A stretch of DNA of 64,000 nucleotides. Origin: Rhynchobatus australiae. Its lineage: Eukaryota. Under the pieces are notes generated by a model. That model ran no database searches. It worked only from the letters and a program-made list of their open reading frames with translations, and was not told the DNA's origin. The stretch is taken from assembly GCA_034780895.1 (NCBI GenBank), contig JAUZTB010000002.1:39440683-39504682 (forward strand), read 5' to 3'. Below are positions 14,050 through 26,115 of this stretch, in pieces. The position numbers and the translations under genes are program-made. Position 1 is the stretch's first letter. Every line of letters begins with the position of its first letter.

Positions 14050-16275
14050 GTGGCCTTGGAGGAATTTGGGATGCGAGGGGAAACATCTAGTTGTTGTGGT
14101 CTTTGTGGATTCCAGCAATGTAGGTAGAACAAGGAAAGAGGTTCTGCTGAGGGAATATGAGCAGTAGGGACTAAATTAAAAGCAGAGACCCAAAAAAGTA
14201 ATCTTTGGATTGCTACCTGAACCACGTGCAAATTGGCACAGGGTCAATAAGATTGGAAAGTTAAATGCATTGGCTCAGATTGGTATGGGAGGAGTAAGCT
14301 TGAATTTGTGGACATTGGCACCATCATTGTGGAAGGAGGGAGCTGTTTTGATGGGACAGACTTCAACTGAACCATGCTGGGACAGGACTTTAAGCTGGGA
14401 CAGGGTTTTAGACTCTAGTGCAATTAGAAATTGGCAGGTATGACGTTGTGGGCATCAGTCGTGGTTGAAAAAAGATCACAGCTGGGAGCTAAACATCCAA
14501 GGAAATGCATCCTATGAAAGACAGGCAGGTGACCAGAGGGAGTGGGGTGGCTCTGTCGGTTAAAAAAGAAATCAAATCATTAGCAAGAAGTGACATAGTA
14601 TCAGAAGATGTAGAATCCTTGTGGGTAGAGTTAAGAAACTGCAAGGGTAAAAAGACCCTTATAGGAGTCTCTACAGGCCTCTAAATAGTAGCGAGGATGT
14701 GTGGTACAAATTACAACAGGAAAACGCATGCAAGAGCAGCAATGTTATGATGGTTATGGGGGACTTCAATATGCAGGTAGACTAGGGAAAATCAGGTTGG
14801 TGCTGGATCTCGAGAGAATTTGTAGAATGCCTTACAAGATGGCTTTTTAACCCACTAAGGAAAAGGCAGTTCTGGAGTCAGTGTTGTGCATTGAACCAGA
14901 TTTTATTAGGGAGCCAGTTAGCCTGACCTCAGTGGCTGATAAGATTTGAGAGTCCATTATTAAGGATGAGGTTGAGGTTTCGGGGTACTTGCAAACACAC
15001 AATGAATTAGGCCAAAGTCAACATGGTTTCCTTAAGGGGAAATCTTGCTTGTAAAATCAGTTGACATTCTTTGAGGAAGTAACAGGCAGGATTAAGGAGT
15101 CAGTGGCTGTTGTTTACTTGGATTTTCAGCAGGCCTTTGACAAGGAGCTACATGAGGCTGCTAAACAAGATAGGAGCCCATGGTATTAAAAGGACAGGTA
15201 CTAGCATAGATAGAAGATTGGCTGACTGGCAGAAGGCAAAGCATGGGAATAAAGGGAGCCTTTTCTGGTTGGCTGCCGGCGACTAATGGTGTTCCTCAGG
15301 GTTGGTGTTGGGCCTGCTACTTTTCACATTATATGTTAATGATTGGACGATGGAATTGTTGGCTTTGTGGCCAAGTTTGTCAATAATATGAAGATAGTTG
15401 GAGGGGCAGGTAGTGTTGAGGTAGGGAGTCTGCAAAAGGACTTGGACAGGTTGGGAGAATAGGCAAAGAAGTGGTAGATGGAATACAGCATAGGGAGGTG
15501 TATGGCTATATGTACTTTGGTAGAAGGAATAAAGGTGTAGACTATTTTCTAAATGGGGATAGAATTCAGAAATGAGGTGCAAAGGGACTTGGGAGTCCTA
15601 ATGCAGGATTCCCTAAAGGTTAACTTGCCGGTTGGGTCAATAGTAAGGAAGGCAAATGCAATGTTAGCATTCATTTCGAGAGAACGAGTATATAAAAGCA
15701 AGGAAGTAATGCTGAAGCTTTAAGGCATTGGTCAGGCCAAATTTGGAGTATGGTGAGCAGTTTTGGGTCCCATATCCAAGGAAGAATGTGCTGGCATTGG
15801 AGAGGGTCCAGAGGTTGTTTATGAGAATGATCCCAGGGTGAAAGGGTTAATGTATGAGTGTTTGATGACACTGGGCTTGTACTTGCTGGAGTTTAGAAGA
15901 ATGGGGGTGGGGAGGATCTCATTTAAAACCTACTGAATATTAAAAGACCTGGAATAGAGTGGACATGGAGAGGATGTTTCCAGTAGTAGAAGTATCTCGG
16001 ACCAGAGAGCACAGCCTCAGAATAAAAGGATGTCCCATTAGAACTGAGATGAGGAGAAATCTTTCACCAGAGGGTGGTGAATCTGTGGAATTCATTGCTA
16101 TAGATGGCTGTGCAGGCCAAGTAATTGGGTATATTTAAAGCAGATGTTGATAGGTTCTTGATTAGCAAGGACGTCAAAGGTTGCAAGGAGAATGAGGTTG
16201 AGAGGCATAAATAAATCAGCCATGATCAAATGGCAGAACAGGCTGAATGGCCTAATTCTGCTCCTTTGCCTTGGT
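14050..16275 (+). mobile_element. CR1-clade LINE with ORF1 esterase end, endonuclease and RT remnants, internally deleted
   Basis: ORF1-like LLPEPRANWHRVNKI; endonuclease GGGVAL, SLWVELRN and MGDFN; RT VVYLDFQQAFDK; tail ggctgaatggcctaattctgctcct. Confidence 0.88.
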
Positions 16276-18079
16276 CTAGACAATTCTCTCGCCCTTCCAC
16301 TTCCCACATGAAGTTTACATTTCAGAAGACTTTACTGCCATGCAAAGTTTTTCTCTCAACATGTTCCTAGTAGAACTGAAAGCTCATTATAAGCCTTTGA
16401 TCATACATTTTGTACAGTAGGCTCAACTGATTGAAAGTTCTTGGTCAATCACTCAAGATGGAGTAAGATAAATACCTCTAGGACGATTAGGGGAAAAAGA
16501 CAAATTTAAATGAATCTTTCAATAACCAGCATGGACTTGATTGTCTAATGGTTCCTTCTGTGCTATTCTTTCTTATGATTCCATAATTAGTATGTTATTA
16601 TATTCCATATTATTGAAGAATATTTTTAAAATGATTCTATATTTTTCCACCAGTTTGCAACTCAAGTTCAGGGATTACTAATAACAAAATAAAACTGCAT
16701 TTATTCGTGTCATGAGATTCTGTAGTTTTAAATCAACCCAGTCAAGAGTTCCATCTCAACTCAAGTCCATGCTCTGTATTTTTGTTTCCATTAGATCACT
16801 ATATTTGTTTGAGTAAAATCAAAGTAAGGGAATTGGAAGCCCTGTGTCATGACACTAGGCTCACATCTGTTTATAATTAAAACTTCCTTTTGAGAGTTTA
16901 TGGAAAATTCACATGTAATTAAAACAGTTCGTGTGGTAACTTTGAGGACACAATAGTCTTCATCTTTGATGTAGACTTCCAATCTACATCAATGATTTTC
17001 AGTGGGTTCCTTTGTTCAGTCATACTGATTTCAGATACCCCTAGTCTTAATAGAACCTTTGGGCATAGAGATTATCAAGACTGGTAATGATGATGGCACA
17101 ATCTAAATTCATGCAGCAGCATGCCAGTATTTCAACTCAGTGGGTCTCTTCATGCAATCACTTTGCAGGATCCTAACTGAAATATGCAGAAACCAAGGAA
17201 TGAATGACAAAAGAAAAACACATTTTCATTTGTGATATATAGTAAACAAAATTAAGCTTGTGAAAATAATGGGATTAAGGGAGAAAGCAAAAATTTAGGT
17301 GTAAGTTCTGAAAATACTTTCCTTTTAGATAAAGCTTTGAACAGCAACTTGAATCTACCTCTACTGTTACCCTAGNNNNNNNNNNNNNNNNNNNNNNNNN
17401 NNNNNNNNNNNNNNNNNNNNNNNNNNNNNNNNNNNNNNNNNNNNNNNNNNNNNNNNNNNNNNNNNNCCCAAGAGGCACCCTGGCTTGTAACCTACATGAT
17501 TTCAAATCTGTTAGGCCCCCTCACATCCACTTCATTTCCAAGGAGAACTTACCCCAGCTTCTTTGGTCTATCTATTCAAGTATAACTCCATCTATAAAAT
17601 CAACTTAAGTTTTTTTTCTATACCATCTCCAAAGCTTCCTCAGGTGTCATGCACAACTGGATACATTTCGGTTGTGGTCAAATCAGTATTTTGTAAAGGT
17701 TCATAATTATTTCTTTGTTTTTATACTTCATAGATCTTTCAGCTGGGATCCTACATTATCCTAGAATATCTTACTGCAAACAAATTAAATTGTCATTACC
17801 TGCCTCCACCTCACTCAGTAACAGAACATGAGCTTGTTCTGCAATTTCTACTCTTGATGTTTGCAAAGCAAGCCAGCTTAGAAACTGTTTATTGATTTAA
17901 CTTGGGGCAAAAGTAAATTATTCAATGATCACTTTTTTGACTGGCAATTCCTGTAAGCAGTGGAAAAGTACAACTATTTACTCATTTTAGGTTCCTTGGT
18001 AAGGATATCCATCTAGCCCATGAAGAAGCTAAGATTTGAGAGCCACGTGGATGGATTAGAAAAAAACTAGGATTCTTTT

Positions 18080-18830
18080 CATTCAAAGTAGGGTAGAAGA
18101 TCTGACCTAATATTCAAAAATATAGTGGGAATCCAGAAGATGTGATTAAAAGGTTTGTAGAAGACAAAAAAAACTGGTGATGTTTTAGATGGTGAGGAAG
18201 GTTAAGGCTACAGCAGGATAGATCTGTTAGGAAGCTGGGCAACGGATGTGAGATGATGGTTTTTGGGAAGTCAAAGGGATAGGACATATATAGTAAATGG
18301 CATATTAATGAACAGATGCCTAGGGGTCCAAGTCCATAGTTCCCTGAAAGTGGCAACACTAGTCAGGTTTGTAGAGAAAGCATATTTCATGCTTGCCTCA
18401 TGGGTCAGGGCATAGAATACAAGGGACATTATGTTGCAACTTTACAAAATATTCGTGATAATTGTGCAGTTCTGATTGCCACACTGTAATAAAGATGTGA
18501 TTGCACTGTGAGGGTGAAGAGGATGGGCTTGTTTTTCTTGGAGTGAAGGTGGCCAAGGTGGGACCTGATAGAACTATGCAAGGCAATAGATCAAAATTAT
18601 TTTTTTAATGATATAGTATCAAAAACGAGGGCATTGGTTTAAAGTGAGTTTTAAAAGGGATTTGACTGGCATTTAAAAAAAACTGGTGTTTAAGAGGTGT
18701 TTAATCAGACACTTAAATAGGCAAGGGACAGATGGATTCAGTCTTAATTTGAGCAAATGGGGATTAGTGGGCAAAAAGTTCAGTATGGATGTGGTGGACT
18801 GAGGGACCCACTTTGCTGTACAACTCTGAT
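18080..18830 (+). mobile_element. Highly decayed CR1 3' fragment
   Basis: Residual similarity to CR1 C-terminal DNA (gtgcagttctg..cacact..aaagatgtgattgcact) and tail. Confidence 0.55.
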
Positions 18831-18909
18831 TCTATAAGAGGTTTTGGAAGTAATCAGAAAATTTTCTACTCATTGGCGAGGTGGTAACCAAATGGCAAAG
18901 TTAACATAA

Positions 18910-20820
18910 TGTTACGTACCAGCAACAATAGAAACAAAATGAGCCATGCAAGGACTGAGCTTTGTCAGCATGTCCAGAACCCTTCTGATTTTGTTGTTTC
19001 AACTATTTGCAAACAAGCATTTGGCACTACCTCCTTTTCTTTATCCTTCAAGAGGGAACAATGACCAGGTTTCTTACAATAGTAAGATGTATGTTCAGCA
19101 GGTTTCTCCAGCACTTGCTTCCAATTATCCTTCCCTTTTGTACTAATTCCTAATTTAATTTCTGATTTACCCAAATTATCCCCATAACTCTTTTGGAAAG
19201 TCTTAGTTGTCCTCACTTAGATGTGTTAAAGCAAACTCATCTGCTAACTTAGCATTTTCTTGCAAAGTTGCCACCACCTCCTCATTTAAATACATTTTTA
19301 AGTCATCCTGGACACTTAATTCTTCCACTAAAATCAACTCTTTCAATTTACTATAATCCTCATCTATACTTTTAGACATGCACCATCGTTCAAAACATAC
19401 ACACTTTTCATTAGCAAATTCTACACAAGTCTGGTCCACAGATTTCCTCAGATCCCAAACTTTTGCCTACAAGCTTCAGGAAGTAATTCATAGGCTTTAA
19501 GCACAGCCTGTTTTACTTTCACATAGTCAGCGGCCTCTCAAACAGAGGGCAAATAAGCTTGTTGAGTTTTACCTTTTAATCACACTTTGCAACATAAGAG
19601 ACCACCTGTCCCATGGCCACTTTAAACTCTGAGCAACTTTTTCAAAATGTTGAAAATACTGATCAACCTAATCCTCAAAAGGAGGGACTAATCAAACCTC
19701 CCTACTGGTCATAAAATTACCACCAGGATCAGAAACAGAATCCCCTCAGGTTATCATTTTTATCTCTCACTGCTGCTTTTTCTCCTGTTCCTCTGCCTCC
19801 ATCACCATCCTCTTATTTCTACCTCCAGCCTCTTGTGTTCCATCTCTAGTTTCCTTTATTCTGTTTCTAGTCTCTCTTGTTCAGCCTCTAGCTTCCTTTG
19901 TTCAAACTGTATCTGTGCCAGCTGCACCTGGGCATCAAATCTCTGGCTCACACCTAGGAAACTGTTCCAACATGTCCTCCTCACCCTCTCCGTCACATAA
20001 TAGCCAGCTATCAGTTTCCCAATACCTGTTTTTTTTTCATTGACTGCTTTGCTGCTGCAATATTTAATTTTTTTAAGCAACTCGTCCTCCTCCAATCACT
20101 GCAATCTCTCAGGGGTGAGAGGTCCCAGGTTCAAATCCCAGATGAGCCCCCAATTTAGTTATGTACCAGCAACAATAGAAACACAAGCCATGTATAAGTG
20201 TTAATCTATTAATAACTACTTACAATAATAAATAAACATTAGATATCAGACATTGACCCCCAAAATAAACAGTGTGTGTGGCAAGTTCCCACACCAAGTC
20301 TAGGAACAGTTCTCAAAGTTCAGCTCAAGTCATGAGGCAAAACAATGGGCAGGCTTTTGAAAACCACATTAGAATGTAGAGAGGTGTTTACGAATTCCAC
20401 AAGTTCCACAATGGAACCAATATGACACCTCAATCACCAAATATCTCCATTGCTTTGCTCTGAAGTATCTGCCCTACTGAGGGCACTTGATACATGGCCG
20501 CCCATAGATACCTGCTTTCCAGTACAGGTCAATAATAAAGTGGACTCCACATTGCTCCAAAAAATCCACACATGGATTGTATGGTGACAGTCACAACTAT
20601 TGTGCTTCACTCTTAGTTGGAGACTGGCAGTGCTACCAACTCTCACTTCTCTCTCTCTGCTGTCTGTGCCCTTCCCAGCACAGTGAATTTCCTTTCAGAC
20701 TCTTACAGCATTCCAGCTATAGATGCTTTTTCTGCTCCCACTCTGTAGTCAGATAAAACCATGCACACAAACACACTACCACCCAGGTGTCTTAAAGGGA
20801 CACTCACCTGGCTAGTAACA
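18910..20820 (-). mobile_element. Gypsy (Gmr1-like) LTR retrotransposon remnant: 5' LTR about 20157-20820, tRNA-Pro PBS, decayed SCAN-type gag with zinc knuckle, pol deleted, only about 35 bp of the 3' LTR left
   Basis: Termini TGTTAC(18910)...GTAACA(20820); the LTR end gttaYgtaccagcaacaatagaaaca is repeated at 18911 and 20158; gag DQYFQHFEKVAQSLKWP, VKQAVLKAYEL, ERWC...LKELILVEE...AKLADEFALTH, YYCKKPGH; flanks ataa/atta. Confidence 0.88.
20115..20152 (-). other. Primer-binding site complementary to tRNA-Pro, extended to tRNA positions 39-76
   Basis: Plus strand gtgag aggtc ccagg ttcaaat cccag atgagcc c cca versus vertebrate tRNA-Pro GCGAG AGGTC CCGGG TTCAAAT CCCGG ACGAGCC C CCA; 4 mismatches, all at CpG sites. 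Confidence 0.85.
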
Positions 20821-21789
20821 ATTACTAGAATGTTGGTTATTAGGATGTTCTACCACAATGGTGGAAGCAGAATTCATAGTTTTTTTTAAATCTGAGGAAA
20901 CTCTTATGAGGAAAGAATTTAAATGGAAATCCCTTTCAAAAAAATTAGGACAGACATAAGTTGCACAGAGTTTAAAATCTAAGCATTAATTCAAAGGATA
21001 ACTCAAACATCAACTTCTTTCAAAATAACTTGGGGAAAGTGAAATATTGTCACACTATGATGGCTGGTACAACTTACAAGTACATAGTTGCTGGAATATA
21101 TGCACCATAACTGCATCTAGAATAATGAAAATCACCACTCAAGCTGGTTAAGAAGGCGGCATAACAAAATAAGCTTGAAGAACAATATTGGCTAACATAC
21201 ATTTGGATAAATTACAGCATACATACAGCTCCACAATCAACCATTGCAGGGCAGGCTTCGGATCATACCTAGAAGTCATCAGGCCTGAATATTTCAGCTA
21301 CATACCATCAAAACCAGTTTCAGTAAAAATACTTGCCATCCTTTTGTGGCAACAACTGTGACAGATCTCTTACTTTGCAATTGCTGAAATCCAACTCTGG
21401 CAACTACACAAGTAGTGTGTTCTTGCAGAAAAAGCAAGGTTGCATGTTATAACACTATGAGACTTTCAAAATGAGGTTTATCATCAGACTTGTCATAAAA
21501 ATTTGTTTTGCAGCAGTGGTACAGTGCAAGACAAATTACTAATGTTACCAAAAAAGTGCAAGAGGAATAACTAGGTAGAATTTATGGACTATTCAGAAAT
21601 CTGATGGCAGAGGGGAGGAAACTGAACAGCCCCTCTTTGAATCATTTGAGTGCCTGTGATGATAATGCTACCAGACAGATTGAGATATCCAGGCTACTGC
21701 TCTAACAACAGTGAAGAGTGGGCAATGCATCATCCTCAGAATGGCATACCCAGAAGGAAAGTTATCAAAGTAACTTTGAGATGGTATAG

Positions 21790-21957
<168 letters not shown>

Positions 21958-22299
21958 TGAAAAAAATCAAGTTTTGTGTATTTATGCTAAATGGTTGATG
22001 CCTTAGTTAAAATAATTAAGGAATTTCTCCAAACCCATTAGTGTTCCTTGACTAATCCCCCAGCTATATTATAACAGTATAGACAGACATAGAACATACC
22101 TTTTATAGGAGATACAAAAGTCAGAATTTAAATGTTAGATTTAAAGATTCTCTCACTGACAGTCATGAAATTAAATACTGAACAATTCCACTTTCCCCAC
22201 TGGTATACCTGCCCATTTGTTTTTTTTGTTCATTCTTAATTTCTAAAATAAAGTAATTACTACCTTGACAACTTGTCTTCACCATAATCACAAACATTC

Positions 22300-22460
22300 C
22301 ATCTGTCCTCTCCAATCTGCTCACGCCCTTGTTTTGTTCTAGTTCTGATAATGGATCATTGACCTGAAACATCCAGTTTCCCCACTGATGTTGCCCAATC
22401 TGCTGTACATTTTCAACATTGTTTGTTTCTGATTTCCAGCAGCTGCAGTTTTCTTTGCTC
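22300..22460 (+). mobile_element. Penelope-derived tail remnant in the last FAM162B intron
   Basis: ttctgataatggatcattgacctgaaacat...gatgttgcccaatctgctg...ttccagcagctgcagtttt. Confidence 0.6.
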
Positions 22461-22511
22461 CAGTGAACATTATCTTGGGTTTGTTCACCTTGTATTCTTT
22501 GCACTTTTCAG

Positions 22512-22628
22512 GCTGCTAAACGGCACGAGTCACTTGCCAGCTGGAATCGAGCAAAAAAGGCAAAATGGAAAGAGGAAGCTCAACGTGAGCAGGAAGCTTC
22601 AATGGCTATTTCTGCTAAATCCCAATAA
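22512..22628 (+). CDS. FAM162B: FAM162B terminal coding exon
   Basis: ttttcag|GCT, phase 0 matches the previous exon; AAKRHESLASWNRAKKAKWKEEAQREQEASMAISAKSQ* resembles human [23 protein letters not shown]. Confidence 0.9.
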   Translation, partial: AAKRHESLASWNRAKKAKWKEEAQREQEASMAISAKSQ

Positions 22629-22949
22629 ACCTTGTGAAAAGAAACTAAAGTCAACTCATACAGATTGAAGTTCTTTCTCAATTCCAAGGGAGAAACTGGC
22701 AGCGGAGGTGATTAACTCAAATTTATAACCCAGATCTATATACTCTAGCCATTATGCCCCAAAATTTCCTAATCCACAGGGGGCAAATTACTTAATTTGA
22801 TACTGTCATTTTTTCCTTCCACACATAACATTAAATTTATCTACCCTCAACACTTACAAATCTTTAAAAGAACCCTTCACTAATATACTGTCCATAAGTT
22901 GAATGGTCTTTAACCATGGGAATAGACCACAGACGTACCAGTTAAATGA

Positions 22950-22955
22950 TTTATT
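22950..22955 (-). terminator. Candidate distal poly(A) signal for KPNA5
   Basis: Minus strand AATAAA followed about 15-25 nt later by GU-rich GTCTGTGGTCT. Confidence 0.3.
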
Positions 22956-23079
22956 TTTTAAGTTTAGAAAAATCTAAGTAAATAACAGTAGGATCAATTG
23001 AGAATAAATGTAGCATATGTAGATGGTAACAACAACTGCAAATGCCAAGGAAAAACAAGTTTTCATTGCATAGCAATTA

Positions 23080-23360
23080 CGATTCAAACCTTGCAATTTG
23101 AGCACATAACCTATGATGAGGACATATTGAGCAATAAGCACACAGCCCCTCAATAAGGAGTGCTCCGCAATTTAAGTCCTTCAAGGTGTGACATTAAAAA
23201 TGACAAGTTCCTATGGTACCACTTAAAGAGCAAGAAATTCCCCATATTCCAGTTAACATTCCTTTCCTGAACCACCAAAAGCACTTATTTTGTATGTTGT
23301 TTGGAGGTGTATCTTAAAAAATTGGTTATCTGCTTGTATAAAGACTGCATTTAATTTGCC
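23080..23360 (+). mobile_element. Decayed SacSINE1/Deu-domain-like SINE
   Basis: ttgagcacataa..ggagtgct..aagttcctatggtaccact..aagagcaagaaattcccc, similar to copies at 25775 and 35990. Confidence 0.45.
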
Positions 23361-23579
23361 ATATAGTCAAAGTAATTGATAGCCAAAGAATTTGATAGAT
23401 ATTGCATAAGGGCTCATCAGAGACTACAAGATAGGCAACCTGCTGCAAATAAAAGTTCAATAGGATCAGAATTAATCTTTTTCCAAAATATATATATGTT
23501 AGAATTAGTGCTTATCACAAGTCAAAAAAATAAATCTTTCAGCTTTTCCAACTTAATTATAGAAATTAGTCTTTGTTTC

Positions 23580-23720
23580 TTTAAAAGTCTAGATAGGTAC
23601 ATGGAGCTCAGTAAAATAGAGGGCTACGGGTAAGTGGAGTAATTCTAGGGTAGGGACATGTTCGGCACAGCTTTGTGGCCCAAAGGGCCTGAATTGTGCC
23701 ATACTTTTTCTATGTTTCTA
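23580..23720 (+). mobile_element. Short 5'-truncated CR1 tail
   Basis: agataggtacatgg...gttcggcacagctttgtggcccaaagggcctg...ttctatgtttcta. Confidence 0.7.
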
Positions 23721-23842
23721 ACTTGTAAGATTTGCTTCTTATAACTTCATTTAAACCACTGACATAACACACAAAAGCAGACATACTTAATTACAACTAA
23801 AAACATGGAGTTAAACACCAAATCAAAGTTATGTGAATGGAT

Positions 23843-23848
23843 TTTATT
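23843..23848 (-). terminator. Candidate poly(A) signal for a long KPNA5 3' UTR
   Basis: Minus strand AATAAA followed by U/GU-rich TTTGATTTGGTGTTT about 15-30 nt downstream. Confidence 0.35.
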
Positions 23849-25079
23849 TTTGCTTTCCAGATATTTTCCAAATCCAATACACTTCAATGCAACTGAGTAA
23901 TCAATTAGCTTGTGTATGCTTGCAAGATATTCACTAGAAAACTATTCCCCAGTCCAAAAGTGGAAGGAAAAAATGCAACATCCTTTGCACATATACAAAA
24001 TGCACAAAACAGATTGGAAATCTTTTGCATGGTATTTACCCTTGCTGATTTTGACTTAATGTTTCTATTTAATTTTGTTCTAACACAAATTTCATAAATT
24101 CAAATTAGAGAATGGGGAGGATAGAATAAGGGGAAAGGGATTTCAGGACTGTTTGTTACAAGGCTGTTGCCAGCAACAGTAGAAATAGTAGTAATTCCAA
24201 ATGAAAGAAAATAGATCCAAAAGAATGAACATACTCATGTCAAATTGTACAGCTCTGGTCATTGTAAAAAAATATATACTCACACACACAAAAACATTAG
24301 CTTTAATGATGCAGATATGTTAATTTAGAGCACAGACTTTTCAGTTCTTTAGAAACTTATGATTTATGCAACTATTGCTGGTATAGATGTATTGTAATTG
24401 TTGTTTAATAAATGAAGCTTAAATACTTCTGATACATCTAGCACAGTATTAGTTTTCAGGTTCACATTATTTTGTATAACACAACATACATACTGCAAGA
24501 TGCAGCAAGGTAGCTAATACAAAGTTTAACTCAAAGTCAGGCATTGAGTTTGACACGTGGCTAATGTAGCAAACAAAAGCTACAACACAATGCTACAATT
24601 TTTTTTTGGCTTTTGCCAAATCAGCACTTGCATTGTGAATTCTCAGTTCTATAGCAGGGATACCAGCAAAACAGCTCTATAAATTTGAGGCAAGAGGAGA
24701 ACATTTCAATTAAGACAAGATAGAAAGTATCCCTTTATAGAATTTTTTTATATACATAGTTCTATCCCAGTCAGATTAGTTTACCATTAATCGTGAGGAT
24801 GAAGTTTACCATCAAATATCAACTCGGGCAAAAATATTTTCAACATAATACTGTTAGAGATTTTAAGCTAATATTTGGTCATGTTAAATACTGTGCAAAT
24901 GAAATTTAAGTAATCTTTCAAAAGCAGTGACACACTGTTACCAACTTTATGCATGGAGCATTGGTGATCTGTAACTATNNNNNNNNNNNNNNNNNNNNNN
25001 NNNNNNNNNNNNNNNNNNNNNNNNNNNNNNNNNNNNNNNNNNNNNNNNNNNNNNNNNNNNNNNNNNNNNNNNNNNNNNG

Positions 25080-25560
25080 TATAAGGGAACCGTTCAATAG
25101 TCTTATCACAGGGAGGTAGAAACTCTCTTTAAGCCTGGTGATACATGCCCTCAGGGCCTGTATCATCTACCCAATGGAAGAGGAGAGAGAATGACCTGGG
25201 TGGGTGGGGTTTTTGATTATGCTGGCTGCTTTTCCAAGGCAGCCAGAGGTAAAGACAGAGTCCAAGGAGGGGAGGCTGGTGTCCTTGATGCGCTGGGCTG
25301 TGCCCACAACTCTCTGCAGTTTCTTGCGGTCCTGGGCAGAACAGTTGCTGTACTGAACCATGATGCATCCAGATAGGATGCTTTCTATGGTGCATTGATA
25401 AATGTTGGTGAGTGTCAAAGGGGACATGCCAAATTTCTTTAGCTTCCTGAGGGAATAGAGGCACTGGTGAGCTTTCTTGGACATGGCATCTACATGATTT
25501 GACTAGGACAAGCTGTTAGTGATGTTCACTCCCAGGACCTTGAAGCTCTCAACCCTCAAA
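25080..25560 (-). mobile_element. Rex1/Babar-like LINE 3' remnant
   Basis: KKAHQCLYSLRKLKKFGMSPLTLTNIYQCTIESILSGCI...DRKKLQRVV; ITRLKESFYLPVIRLLN. Confidence 0.75.
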
Positions 25561-25774
25561 TCTTTTGGGGTGCAGGGTGGCCATTCTCCGTCAGCACAGA
25601 AAGCTGACGTGCCACTTCCAACACTTTTTATGGACCTTTATTTTCCTTGCAGTTCTGTTGCATTCTGATTGCCAAGTTGGGCCTGATGTTCTATGGTATA
25701 GTTTTGCGTTTCAGAGCTCCATTACCATCCTCCTACCCCATCCGTTACACATTTTCTCCCTCTCACCCTGGCAA

Positions 25775-26115
25775 CTGTAGCTCGGTACTCTCAGCTCTGA
25801 GTCAAGAAGCTCTGAGATCATGACTACCCCCAGACACTCGAACACATAATGCTGACTAATATCTTAGTACCGGGGGGAGCGTTGTAAGATCAAAAGTATT
25901 CGCTTTCAGATGAGACCTCCTTTCATTTTAGGATATAGACCTTATTGCAGTATTTGAGGAACAGTATTCTCCCCGGTTAGTATTTAGCCAGTATACAACA
26001 TCTAAGCAGAAGCAGCAAAATAAAATCTGCTGCTTGGAAATTGACTCCTGCGTTTCCTGAACATTAACCATGAAGCATGTTGATACATGTGTGGTGAGAG
26101 GTGTTAGATAAAGTT
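25775..26115 (+). mobile_element. Decayed SacSINE1/Deu-domain-like tRNA-derived SINE
   Basis: actctcagctctgagtcaagaag...ctttcagatgaga...ttctccccggt...aaattgactcctgcgtttcct. Confidence 0.55.

Noticed and set aside
17991-17998. Possible 8-nt microexon ttttag|gttccttg|gtaagg
   Set aside because: It would shift the frame, has no FAM162 similarity, and such motifs occur by chance
20115-20152. Functional tRNA-Pro gene
   Set aside because: Only the 3' half is present, CCA is encoded, CpGs have decayed and it abuts an LTR, so it is treated as a PBS
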